Shown here in pieces: positions 44,849 to 53,656 of a DNA stretch of 64,000 nucleotides. Where the stretch lies: assembly GCA_030650995.1 (NCBI GenBank), contig JAUSCY010000015.1:3951-67950 (forward strand), given 5' to 3'. Under the pieces are notes generated by a model. It was not told the DNA's origin, did no database searches, and saw only the letters and a program-made list of their open reading frames with translations. Each line of letters opens with the position of its first letter. Within the stretch, counting starts at the first letter, position 1. This DNA is from Sheuella sp. Lineage in GTDB: Bacteria; Pseudomonadota; Gammaproteobacteria; Burkholderiales; Burkholderiaceae_B. Both the position numbers and the translations under genes were made by a program.

Positions 44849-45190
44849 TCAAGTCCCCGTCGCGGCACGGTACAACACAGTGCATCGCGTTCCGGATCTG
44901 CAGTATGCTAGGACAGGAGCAGGCAAAGAATGCAGAAGCTCCTTGAAACGCACTACATCCTCAGCGGTCATGCCACCACTGGCCACAGGCTGATACTCGA
45001 CTGTCAAGCCGGCAGCACGGGCAGCCTCCATTACTGAGGAAGCGCTAGGCTGATCAGCACCGCCTTCATAATCGGGTCTGTTGATGATGACACTTTTGAA
45101 ACCTGCGGCAGCCACAGCCGCCATATCGGATGCCGCTAATTGAGGGGCAACTGCGAAATCCTGCGTCAGTGAATTAATAGGGGTCGACAT
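44849..45190 (-). CDS. DUF442/TIGR01244-like small phosphatase/sulfurtransferase-fold protein
   Basis: 113 aa with F.VAPQL...D......GFKSVINNRPD-type N-terminus and a cysteine loop YCRSGTRC. Confidence 0.6.
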   Translation of the reverse strand: MSTPINSLTQDFAVAPQLAASDMAAVAAAGFKSVIINRPDYEGGADQPSASSVMEAARAAGLTVEYQPVASGGMTAEDVVRFKELLHSLPAPVLAYCRSGTRCTVLYRAATGT

Positions 45191-45233
45191 TGCGGGCTCC
45201 TGATAAGATCAATATAGATACCTGAAGAATATA

Positions 45234-45926
45234 TCAGTATACGCAGCGAAATCCGACATAGACGACATACAAATCCGCAGCCTTGTATTGCATACCCTCA
45301 CGCCGCATTTTTGAGGGGCCGTACCACCAGGAACCGCCAGCCGTCAGACGCGTATCGCCCTGGGCATCGGCTAACCACTCCCAGGCATTGGCTCCCATGT
45401 CGTACAGGCCATTGACACCCTGCCTGGTCTTGCCAACCGGTGCGTGTCTGGCCCACCCATCCTCTGCACCCTCTACATTCGCGCCTTGCGGGCTGTCTCC
45501 CGTTGGGTAGGGATAGGTTATACCTTGAACAAAAGGCAGAGGCGGATCACTGCGCAGCTCCGTATAGGCCGCCCGGGACCACTGAGCCTGCGTGGGCAGC
45601 GCCCCGCCTGCATCCTTACAAAAAGCCTGTGCTTCAAACCAGTTGATATGAACGGCGGGTTCATCAGGCTGCCCTGTCACTCCGAAAGGCGTTCTCCAGG
45701 TCCAGCCGGCGCGTCGCTGCCAACCCATCACATATTCAAACCCACCCCCGTCTTTTTCCGCAGCGGTTTTGATCTGTTGGCGATCCGCATATTCAGCAAA
45801 ACGGATGATACTGACCTCGGTCTGATCAATTTTGAAATCCCCAAGATCGACACGTACGTTATCTGCAAGGCAGGACTTGAAAGTCAGCGCACTGGATAAA
45901 GCGATAAGCAGAGGTAAGAATTTCAT
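45234..45926 (-). CDS. Formylglycine-generating-enzyme (SUMF1/EgtB/PvdO) family protein, secreted
   Basis: 230 aa with a signal peptide. It contains INWFEAQAFC, NAWEW and GGSWW, and the C-terminal VGFRCV is typical of the FGE-sulfatase fold. Confidence 0.75.
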   Translation of the reverse strand: MKFLPLLIALSSALTFKSCLADNVRVDLGDFKIDQTEVSIIRFAEYADRQQIKTAAEKDGGGFEYVMGWQRRAGWTWRTPFGVTGQPDEPAVHINWFEAQAFCKDAGGALPTQAQWSRAAYTELRSDPPLPFVQGITYPYPTGDSPQGANVEGAEDGWARHAPVGKTRQGVNGLYDMGANAWEWLADAQGDTRLTAGGSWWYGPSKMRREGMQYKAADLYVVYVGFRCVY

Positions 45927-46043
45927 AGTCTCGACGCCGGCGGGGTTGGAATAAGCACAATAATTGAGCGATACTCAACTGTAGCAAAAGTAAACTTTTT
46001 TCATTCAATTTAATTGAATTCAAATCAATAATCAGGAGACAAC

Positions 46044-46655
46044 ATGATTCTCGTTGGCCGTTATGCATCACCTTTCGTTCGTCGCGTAGCAGTGACCATG
46101 CAATGGGTCGGTATGAAATACGAACATAAGGTGTTATCCACTGCAAAGGATGCGCCAGCCATCATGCAATACAACCCCATGGCCAAGGTCCCTGTGCTGA
46201 TGATGGAAAATGGCGAGCCTCTGATTGAAAGCACTGCCATCATCGAAACTGTACTTGAAATGTCACCCGGTCAGCGCTTACTTCCTGCCAATGGAGCGGC
46301 TCGGCGCCATATCCTGCAACATTGCGCCATCATGACCAACAGCCTGGATAAAGCTGTACAAGCATTGTATGAACCTATGAAACGTCCGGCAGAGAAAGTA
46401 CACGAGCCCTTTCTACATGGCCTGAGCGCACAAATGCGAGCTGGCCTTGTCATGCTGGAGTCTGTCGCTGCGCGCGGGGATCTTCCTGGTGACGCTAACT
46501 CGACGCTAGCAGATTTGACGGTCGCAGTGGGCTGGAGATTTATGAATAAAACAGCACCGACTGTTGCTGCAGCGAAAGACTTTCCTCATCTTGCGGCACA
46601 CTCCGCACGTTGTGAAGCAATGCCAGCATTCCTAGCCTGCCAACCTGAAGCCTGA
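46044..46655 (+). CDS. Glutathione S-transferase family protein
   Basis: 203 aa with a thioredoxin-like N-domain (SPFVRRV...NP..KVPVL....G..L.ES.AI) and a helical C-domain. Confidence 0.75.
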   Translation: MILVGRYASPFVRRVAVTMQWVGMKYEHKVLSTAKDAPAIMQYNPMAKVPVLMMENGEPLIESTAIIETVLEMSPGQRLLPANGAARRHILQHCAIMTNSLDKAVQALYEPMKRPAEKVHEPFLHGLSAQMRAGLVMLESVAARGDLPGDANSTLADLTVAVGWRFMNKTAPTVAAAKDFPHLAAHSARCEAMPAFLACQPEA

Positions 46656-46687
46656 ACACCGCTCACTAGCGCACCATCACCGCACCA

Positions 46688-47506
46688 TCACCAAGGCATC
46701 TTGGGCTGGATGGGATTCATTCCTGTCCTTTTAATGATCGGTGCGGCCTCAGGTGAAGCCAGAAACTCAATCAGATCGCGCGCCGCCTGGCGATCTTTCA
46801 CGTTGCTGGTAACACCGGCGGAAAAAGGAATCGTCTGCTGTACCGCCGCCGGGATCTCTCCAACAAAATCCAGTCCATCAATAGATATCAGTTCACTGAC
46901 CTGTTGAAAGCCTAGCTCAGCCTCACCACGTGCGATGACCGAGCCAACCCGCTCGCTATATATTTTTTTAGCGGTAAGTTTCATTTGCTCGGCAACACCC
47001 AGCTTTTCAAATAGTTCAGTAGACAGGTAAGTGCCGCTCGCACTTGCTGAGTAGGCAACGGACTTAGCATCCAGTAAGGTCTTCTTAAGTGCCTCCACGG
47101 TACTGATATCAGGTTTGGGAGCACCCTTTTTAACCGAAGCGCCAATAGTCGAATTCGCCAGATCCACGCGCGTACCAGGCGTCACATCGCCCTTTTTGAT
47201 AAAACCATCCAGCGCCGAACCTGCCAGAATGAGAACATCGAAGGTCTCGCCTTTTGACAACCTTGTCGGGATCGAGTCGTGCGCGGTCCCCATTGAGGAG
47301 CCAAAATAAATTCTTACCGTATTTCCAGATTTCTTTTCATAAACAGGGGCAAGCTCTTTAAACGCTGTTGCAAAAGCTCCTGACGTGATGACATGAATTT
47401 CAGCGGCACTCGCAGCACCTGCAACACCCCAGGCACCGACGGTGAGCAATACAGACAGCATCGAGCGTCGAAGGGTTGAGAATTGCTTCATTTTGTTTGT
47501 CTCCAT
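46688..47506 (-). CDS. ModA-like periplasmic substrate-binding protein (no cognate permease or ATPase nearby)
   Basis: 272 aa with a signal peptide ending AASA. It contains I.V..SGAF..AF.EL...YEK..G, FDV.I.A and GV, resembling molybdate/tungstate-type PBP2 proteins. Confidence 0.6.
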   Translation of the reverse strand: METNKMKQFSTLRRSMLSVLLTVGAWGVAGAASAAEIHVITSGAFATAFKELAPVYEKKSGNTVRIYFGSSMGTAHDSIPTRLSKGETFDVLILAGSALDGFIKKGDVTPGTRVDLANSTIGASVKKGAPKPDISTVEALKKTLLDAKSVAYSASASGTYLSTELFEKLGVAEQMKLTAKKIYSERVGSVIARGEAELGFQQVSELISIDGLDFVGEIPAAVQQTIPFSAGVTSNVKDRQAARDLIEFLASPEAAPIIKRTGMNPIQPKMPW

Positions 47507-47649
47507 CTGTATATCGTGTGATTAACTGCTCAAGACAATAACCAATAAGCCCAAACAAGACAATGTGTTGACGCGAGGCCCCTCTGCGTTGCAATATCCA
47601 AGCTGAAATATCACCTTGACAAGACACGCAATAATTAATCGGAGACATC

Positions 47650-48516
47650 ATGGCCTGGGCCACAACATCAGACAAAATTCGCCTGCATTATGAAGAAGCA
47701 GGTACTGGAACCCCCATCGTATTCGTGCATGAGTTCGCAGGGGACTGGCGCGCCTGGGAACCACAGATGCGCCACTTTTCACGCCGACATCGTTGCATTA
47801 CCTACTCAGCACGCGGCTATCCTCCCTCAGACATTCCCAAAGATGTCGGTATGTATTCGCAGGCCCGTGCGGTGCAAGACATCCTCAATGTCATGGATGC
47901 AGCAAATATTGAACGTGCGCATATCGTAGGCTTATCCATGGGTGGTTTCGCCACGATTCATTTCGGCCTGACCGCTCCAGAGCGCGCACTCTCATTGACG
48001 GTAGCAGGCGCTGGTTACGCCGCAGCTAAAGACACGCAAGAACACTATCGGGCACTTTCGCGCGCGACAGCTGATCAGTTTGAAGCGATTGGCGCCAAAG
48101 AACTTGCAAAAACCTATGCCCTGGGCGCAACACGCGTACAACTACACAACAAGGATCCACGGGGCTGGCAAGAGTTTGCCACCCATCTGGGCGAACATGA
48201 CACGCTGGGCTGCGCACTGACCATGCGTGGAGTGCAGGCATCGCGCCCTTCAATTTATGATTTTGAAGAGCAACTCAAGGCTATGAAAGTCCCGACACTC
48301 GTGATCAATGGTGACGAAGACGATCAGTGCATCCAGCCAGGCATTTTTTTGAAAAAGACATTACCATCGTGTGGTTTGTTGATGCTGCCTAAAACCGGGC
48401 ACACGATCAATCTCGAAGAGCCTGATTACTTCAATCTTTTCCTGGCCGACTTTATTGCCTGCGTTGAGGCTGGTCGCTGGGGTGAACGAGATCCGCGCTC
48501 ATTTTCTAAACACTAA
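47650..48516 (+). CDS. Alpha/beta-fold hydrolase
   Basis: 288 aa with the HE.AGD oxyanion region, nucleophile elbow GLSMGG and a C-terminal GH catalytic His context (PKTGHTINLE). Confidence 0.8.
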   Translation: MAWATTSDKIRLHYEEAGTGTPIVFVHEFAGDWRAWEPQMRHFSRRHRCITYSARGYPPSDIPKDVGMYSQARAVQDILNVMDAANIERAHIVGLSMGGFATIHFGLTAPERALSLTVAGAGYAAAKDTQEHYRALSRATADQFEAIGAKELAKTYALGATRVQLHNKDPRGWQEFATHLGEHDTLGCALTMRGVQASRPSIYDFEEQLKAMKVPTLVINGDEDDQCIQPGIFLKKTLPSCGLLMLPKTGHTINLEEPDYFNLFLADFIACVEAGRWGERDPRSFSKH

Positions 48517-48534
48517 ACCCTGCGAGCTGATCTG

Positions 48535-48753
48535 ATGGATCAATCTGAAACCACCGATAAACGTCTGACTGACCTTGAAATTAACGTCAGTCTGGCAGAG
48601 GATCTATTAGATCAGCTCAATCAGACGATTTTTCGTCAACAACAACAAATTGAATTTCTGTTGCGCGAGATCAGTGATCTGCGTAATCAGTTACCGACCG
48701 AGAGAACCACGCAACTCCCCAGCCTGCGAGACGAATTGCCACCCCACTATTAA
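48535..48753 (+). CDS. slyX: SlyX family protein
   Basis: 72 aa coiled-coil containing RL.DLE...S..EDLLDQLN.TIFRQQQQI..L and the C-terminal PPHY. Confidence 0.8.
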   Translation: MDQSETTDKRLTDLEINVSLAEDLLDQLNQTIFRQQQQIEFLLREISDLRNQLPTERTTQLPSLRDELPPHY

Positions 48754-49349
48754 GTGTTTTTGTGCATGACGGCGATAAATACCGGGCTCTGGAGCCAGCC
48801 GTTTAACCATGCCCTGACCGAGCACCATCCGCTCTGTGCGAACCAGGCGGGATCGACTGCGGCGAATTGCCGAACAAATGGAAAGATTGCAACATCTGTC
48901 AGGCAAGGCTGGGTACCGCCTAAAAAAGAATCTTGTGCGAGTCTTTTTTCCAGTGGCTGAATGAGAGATTCTTCGGCCCGGAGCCGATAATCTGTCTGAG
49001 AGTGTTCAGGGTAGCGTTCAAAATATTTATAGCGATCGAGCCACTGTTTGAATACGCCATCATTCGTATCCAGCAGGCTTTCATTGTCCTGAAAACTCTG
49101 CCTCAGCAACCAGCCGTCAGGATCATGCTGCGCAAGCGCCCAGCGCATGATCTCGAGACTTTGGTCGATCACACGACCGTCCGCGCATTGCAAAACAGGT
49201 ACCGTTGCTTTGGGGGAAAGTTCAAGCAATGCCTGAGGCTTGTTACGCAGGCTCACCTCGTGAGTCTGGCAATCAACTCCAGCCCGGTGAATCGCCATCC
49301 GTGCGCGGATGGCGTAGGGGCAACGCCGGAATGAATACAGCGTATTCAT
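48750..49349 (-). CDS. Glutathione S-transferase/glutaredoxin-2-like protein (CPYA active-site type)
   Basis: 199 aa with LYSFRRCPYAIRARMA, TVPVL and IDQSLEIM. Confidence 0.65.
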   Translation of the reverse strand: MNTLYSFRRCPYAIRARMAIHRAGVDCQTHEVSLRNKPQALLELSPKATVPVLQCADGRVIDQSLEIMRWALAQHDPDGWLLRQSFQDNESLLDTNDGVFKQWLDRYKYFERYPEHSQTDYRLRAEESLIQPLEKRLAQDSFLGGTQPCLTDVAIFPFVRQFAAVDPAWFAQSGWCSVRAWLNGWLQSPVFIAVMHKNT

Positions 49350-49377
49350 ATCTTATAGAGTGCTTATAAAGTAAAGA

Positions 49378-50181
49378 TTAGAACTTGAAAGAGACGCCTA
49401 GCGCTGCGCCATAAAAATTCAAATTAGTCGTCGTGTTTTTGCTCTTGGTCTGATAGTACACGTCGTTAAATACCAGCATGAGATCTCCCCAGTCGTAAGC
49501 CTTACCAACGCCAAGGATACCTTGCGATGTTATTTGCGTACCATCCACACCACCGCCTACATCCAGATAAAAAGGAACGAAATAATCGGAATCACCAAGT
49601 TTATATCTGCCCTTAACGCCTACGATCGGATTAGTCACAGTCGTACTGGATTTCAGCGTTGTACCTAACGGCGTACCCTGAACATTGACATCAACTTTGG
49701 CATCATTGGAAAAAATCCTGACCCCTGCCATCGCATCAACATAAACCTGCTTGGTATTTAGGATGGTGTAGGTGGCTGCAAGATTATAAATACCTAGCTG
49801 AGCAGTTGTCGTCGAGCCTAGATCAACCTTGTCGCGGATACGGGTACCCGTGTTTTGAATACTGGCAAAAAGCAGATTGGCTGCGAAACCCCAATTACCT
49901 TTGTGCACTTCACCTTCAATCATCCCGCCGTACTGGAGCGTGGACAACAATTGTCCTGTCGAAACCTTCTGATCCACGAGCGGATGATCCCCGTAAGCCA
50001 TTTGCCCATCTATATTTAGCAACCAGAGATAGGGGGTCAGGGAATAGCGCCAACCCTCAGATACTTGCGGCACAGGAATGGGGGCGGCAGACTCCGCAGA
50101 CACAGCTGACGTACTGAACAATCCAGTACAAAATATAGCCGCGAATATTCTCAGGCGCCATCTCTTGACTGAACGCATCAC
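49378..50181 (-). CDS. Outer-membrane beta-barrel protein of unknown function
   Basis: 267 aa with a signal peptide ending AVSA. Alternating hydrophobic/polar strand patterns run throughout, and the C-terminus GVSFKF is an OMP signature. The start is GTG 50181 or ATG 50178, overlapping the upstream stop. Confidence 0.6.
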   Translation of the reverse strand: MMRSVKRWRLRIFAAIFCTGLFSTSAVSAESAAPIPVPQVSEGWRYSLTPYLWLLNIDGQMAYGDHPLVDQKVSTGQLLSTLQYGGMIEGEVHKGNWGFAANLLFASIQNTGTRIRDKVDLGSTTTAQLGIYNLAATYTILNTKQVYVDAMAGVRIFSNDAKVDVNVQGTPLGTTLKSSTTVTNPIVGVKGRYKLGDSDYFVPFYLDVGGGVDGTQITSQGILGVGKAYDWGDLMLVFNDVYYQTKSKNTTTNLNFYGAALGVSFKF

Positions 50182-50732
50182 TTATTGATCTTGGTGATCT
50201 TATTGCCCTGAATACCCACACCCGCCATCAAGCCTTTCTGACCAAATACAAACGCGTAAATGTCATCCTGAAGGGTGGTGGATGTGTGTGATGCGCCCAT
50301 GCCCTGATCAACCACAACAACACTTGGACCAACACCCACCTCGAAACCATCCGCAGTATCAAGCGCTTTGAGTGCAGATTCTTTCATAAAAAACATGGCA
50401 TAACCGAAGGTCTGCGCACCGGCTTGCAAACCAAACGAAGCGCCCGACGTGTTGTAGTAGGCAGCAGGTTTACCATTCTTCCACATGACGCCATCACCGA
50501 ACTGACCTCCAATCATGAAACCCGCTTTAGTGATGCTTGGAAATACCAGCACAGCAATGGCTTTTTCGCTCAGCGCCTTCGCGGCAGGAACGCTGGCGAT
50601 CAACTGGTTAAGCGCCTCTTTTGAAGACATATCCAGAGCTGCTTTTGTTTCTGCCTGAGCCGTAGGGACCACCACCATCAACGATAAGAAACCTGATACT
50701 GCGACGGCGCGAAAAACGGACAAAAAAGACAT
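50178..50732 (-). CDS. Periplasmic SYLF (DUF500/Ysc84-like) lipid-binding domain protein
   Basis: 184 aa with a signal peptide ending PTAQA. It contains A.AVLVFPSITKAGFMIGGQFGDGVM, GASFGLQAGAQ.FGY and FE.GVG, typical of SYLF domains. Confidence 0.65.
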   Translation of the reverse strand: MSFLSVFRAVAVSGFLSLMVVVPTAQAETKAALDMSSKEALNQLIASVPAAKALSEKAIAVLVFPSITKAGFMIGGQFGDGVMWKNGKPAAYYNTSGASFGLQAGAQTFGYAMFFMKESALKALDTADGFEVGVGPSVVVVDQGMGASHTSTTLQDDIYAFVFGQKGLMAGVGIQGNKITKINK

Positions 50733-50967
50733 GGAATTTCCCCAAAATCATTAATAGTGTTCGTAATTGTCCCATTTTTATGCTGCAAAAGCTTGCAAGT
50801 GCTTACGCACGTCATACCAGACTGCAGTTTGAGCAGAATACGCAGTCTCCTGAGTCTCAATATTTCGACCTCCGACATCACCCCCTGTTTCACGAGCAGT
50901 GCAGTCAAAGCAATCTCACGTGATAGCGATGCTAGCGATTGTTTTAGATCTGATGACCGATATATAA

Positions 50968-51336
50968 CTAGATCGATACAATCTGGTTTCGTATTGCATA
51001 TCCGGTTAGGTCCGCGACTTTATGCAATCTAATTTTTTGCATAATATTTCTGCGATGAACCCCCACCGTGCTTGGAGAGATATGCAATTCCTGAGCAATT
51101 TCTTTTGAGCTCAAACCTCCTGCGATTAGTCTTAACACCTGCTCTTTTCTTTCACCTAGCCGCAAACTCGTTGCGAATTCTTTTGAATTGTGATTGCGAA
51201 TATCATCCGCAACAGAGATTGAAATTTCCCGACATAAATAAACACGTACCGCAATAACAGAATGTATCGCTCTCGCTAATTCTTCAAAATGGCTTTCTGA
51301 TGAGATGATGTATGCCATTAATCCTGCAGATAACAT
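50968..51336 (-). CDS. LuxR-type HTH protein, N-terminally truncated paralogue of the upstream gene
   Basis: 122 aa. The C-terminus LGERKEQVLRLIAGGLSSKEIAQELHISPSTVGVHRRNIMQKI is a GerE/LuxR HTH, and only the last part of a receiver-like domain remains. The gene has low GC. Confidence 0.65.
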   Translation of the reverse strand: MLSAGLMAYIISSESHFEELARAIHSVIAVRVYLCREISISVADDIRNHNSKEFATSLRLGERKEQVLRLIAGGLSSKEIAQELHISPSTVGVHRRNIMQKIRLHKVADLTGYAIRNQIVSI

Positions 51337-51379
51337 TTCAATTCCATTACTAACAAATCGATTCTAGGCTGAAACTATT

Positions 51380-52024
51380 TTAGGCTGAAATCAATTGATT
51401 TCGAATCGCAAATCTCGTCAAGTCTGCAATATTATGTAATCCAGTTTTAAACATAATGTTTCTTCTGTGTACTTCGACAGTACTAACCGATATTTTTAAT
51501 ATTTGTGCAATCTTTTTTGAAGAATTACCTGCGCCGAGTAGTGAAAGCACATACATTTCTCTTTCACCAAGTTTTTTCCCTGCGGCCTCATGCAGCACGC
51601 TACGATTCGAGCTGCCTGGTCTGAATAATGATTTAGTCGCATCTGATAAATACAATTTTCTTTCTGCGGCATTGCGTACCGCCTGAATCAGGTGATCCGC
51701 TGTAATATTTACAGGATTCAAATAGGCCATAGCACCTGCGGCGTGCATTTCATAAAAAGTATAAAACTCGTCTCCACTCGTCATCAGCACAATACCTGAA
51801 TGAGGCGATGCTTCTTGAATGGACTCAATAATGGGTATCAGCTGGGAAGAATCGCTCCAGATAGAATGAACAATCACCACTTCAGGCTGATTTTCCCTGC
51901 ACGACTTGAGCAGAGTTTCAGTGTCATCCACGATGTCTGAGACCTCAACATCCACCTCTTTTTGAATGACCGAAATAACGCCTTCAAATACAATATTTCT
52001 GGATGAGCCAATGACAATTTTCAT
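51380..52024 (-). CDS. NarL/FixJ-architecture regulator with a degenerate (non-phosphorylatable-looking) receiver domain and LuxR HTH
   Basis: 214 aa. The receiver-like N-terminus has GSS in place of the acidic pair and H53 in place of the phospho-acceptor Asp (PEVVIVHSIW). The C-terminal HTH is LGEREMYVLSLLGAGNSSKKIAQILKISVSTVEVHRRNIMFK. Confidence 0.7.
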   Translation of the reverse strand: MKIVIGSSRNIVFEGVISVIQKEVDVEVSDIVDDTETLLKSCRENQPEVVIVHSIWSDSSQLIPIIESIQEASPHSGIVLMTSGDEFYTFYEMHAAGAMAYLNPVNITADHLIQAVRNAAERKLYLSDATKSLFRPGSSNRSVLHEAAGKKLGEREMYVLSLLGAGNSSKKIAQILKISVSTVEVHRRNIMFKTGLHNIADLTRFAIRNQLISA

Positions 52025-52217
52025 GTCTAGTGTCCGCTTTAGTTATGTAAATATGCATGTGATATTTGGAATAATTGCGTAAGCGGTATTTCAGACCTTA
52101 AGTAGAAATATTGCTTACGTTTGCATCTGCAACGTTCTTCCTTGACACCAGCCAATTTTAAAATAGTTATTAATTTTATATAAAATTAGTAACCATATAT
52201 ATAAATATTGATTTACA

Positions 52218-53501
52218 TCAATTTGTACGAGTAGGTTTGAGTCTTTTTGTCGAGAATACAAGCACGCCTCCCAAAGCAATGCTTATTGCCAGAAAATGCA
52301 AACCACCCGTTAGACTGCCTGTCGAATCTTTAATCCAGCCCACGATAAAAGGGCTGACGAAGCCTGAAAGATTACCAATTGAATTAATCATCGCAATGCC
52401 TGCCGCCGCTGCAGGACCCGCAAGATATGCTGTGGGAAGACTCCAGGACAATGCAATCGATGACAGCACGCCGATCGCAGCGATGGTAATGCCCAGCAGT
52501 GCAATCACGATATTGTTGGAATAAGTACTGCTTAGCCAGAAACCGGCTGCCCCCACTAGCGTCAATATGATCATGTGCCAGTGACGCTCATTAGTACGGT
52601 CAGAGTTTTTGCCAATCAACACCATCGCCACAGCAGCGATGAGATAAGGAATTGAAGACAATAGGCCGTTGTGAAACACATCTGTTACACCAGCAGCCTT
52701 AATGATATTTGGCAGCCAGAATCCAATGCCATACAGTCCCATTACGATAAAAAAATAAATACCACTGAATAACCAAATACGCATATCTGTAAATACTTTT
52801 GAAATGGGCATATGTACTTTTTTGACAGCGTCCGCATCCAGACGTGATTGCAGATAAGCTTTTTCTTCAGTGTTCAGCCATTTTGCTTTTTGTATCGTGT
52901 CATCCAGATATAAAAAGGTCGCTACACCAAGAATGACAGATGGCAGCCCCTCGAGCAAAAATAGCCACTGCCAACCTGCCAGACCATGCATTCCGGAGAA
53001 GTATTCCATGATCCAACCTGATAGCGGGCCTCCCAACACACCTGAAAAAGCGATCGCCGTCATGAACAGCGCCACAATTCTGCCACGGCGATCCTGGGGA
53101 TACCAGTAGGTCAGATACAAAATAATGCCCGGGAAAAACCCAGCTTCTGCAATACCAAGTAAAAACCGTAAAACATAATATGTTGTTTCACTATTTACAA
53201 ACATCATGCAGGAAGACAAGACACCCCAGGAGATCATGATGCGGGAAATCCAGACGCGCGGACCTATTTTTTCAAGCAAAATATTACTAGGCACCTCGAA
53301 AAGAAAATAACCAATAAAGAAAATTCCCGCACCCAAGCCATATACAGTCTCACTGAACTTCAGATCCGACAACATCTGTAATTTGGCAAAACCAACGTTG
53401 ACGCGATCCAGATAGGCTGCCAGATAGCAAATGAATAAAAAGGGGATTAATCGGAGCGTTACTTTTTTATAGATATTTTCTACTTGCCGAGCGTTAGCCA
53501 T
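52218..53501 (-). CDS. MFS transporter, anion:cation symporter (ACS) family
   Basis: 427 aa with YLDRVNVGFAKLQM and 12 TM segments, resembling tartrate/phthalate/galactonate-type ACS transporters. Confidence 0.75.
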   Translation of the reverse strand: MANARQVENIYKKVTLRLIPFLFICYLAAYLDRVNVGFAKLQMLSDLKFSETVYGLGAGIFFIGYFLFEVPSNILLEKIGPRVWISRIMISWGVLSSCMMFVNSETTYYVLRFLLGIAEAGFFPGIILYLTYWYPQDRRGRIVALFMTAIAFSGVLGGPLSGWIMEYFSGMHGLAGWQWLFLLEGLPSVILGVATFLYLDDTIQKAKWLNTEEKAYLQSRLDADAVKKVHMPISKVFTDMRIWLFSGIYFFIVMGLYGIGFWLPNIIKAAGVTDVFHNGLLSSIPYLIAAVAMVLIGKNSDRTNERHWHMIILTLVGAAGFWLSSTYSNNIVIALLGITIAAIGVLSSIALSWSLPTAYLAGPAAAAGIAMINSIGNLSGFVSPFIVGWIKDSTGSLTGGLHFLAISIALGGVLVFSTKRLKPTRTN

Positions 53502-53656
53502 TGTTTTTTCTTAAAAGTTCAATTCATGCCAAACTGAACCAGATTGCTGCATAAACAAGGGCGCGATTATATTCGGCGGTTTCAAGTACGCACTCATACA
53601 ATTAAGATTTCCAATACCTTTCCAAAATCTTAGTCTCACTAATCTCTAACAAGGCA

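Noticed and set aside
46671-46692. Perfect 11-bp tandem duplication gcaccatcacc x2 spanning the stop codon of the ModA-like gene
   Set aside because: There are only two copies with no further periodicity or partner elsewhere in the window. It is most simply a slipped-strand duplication of no evident function.
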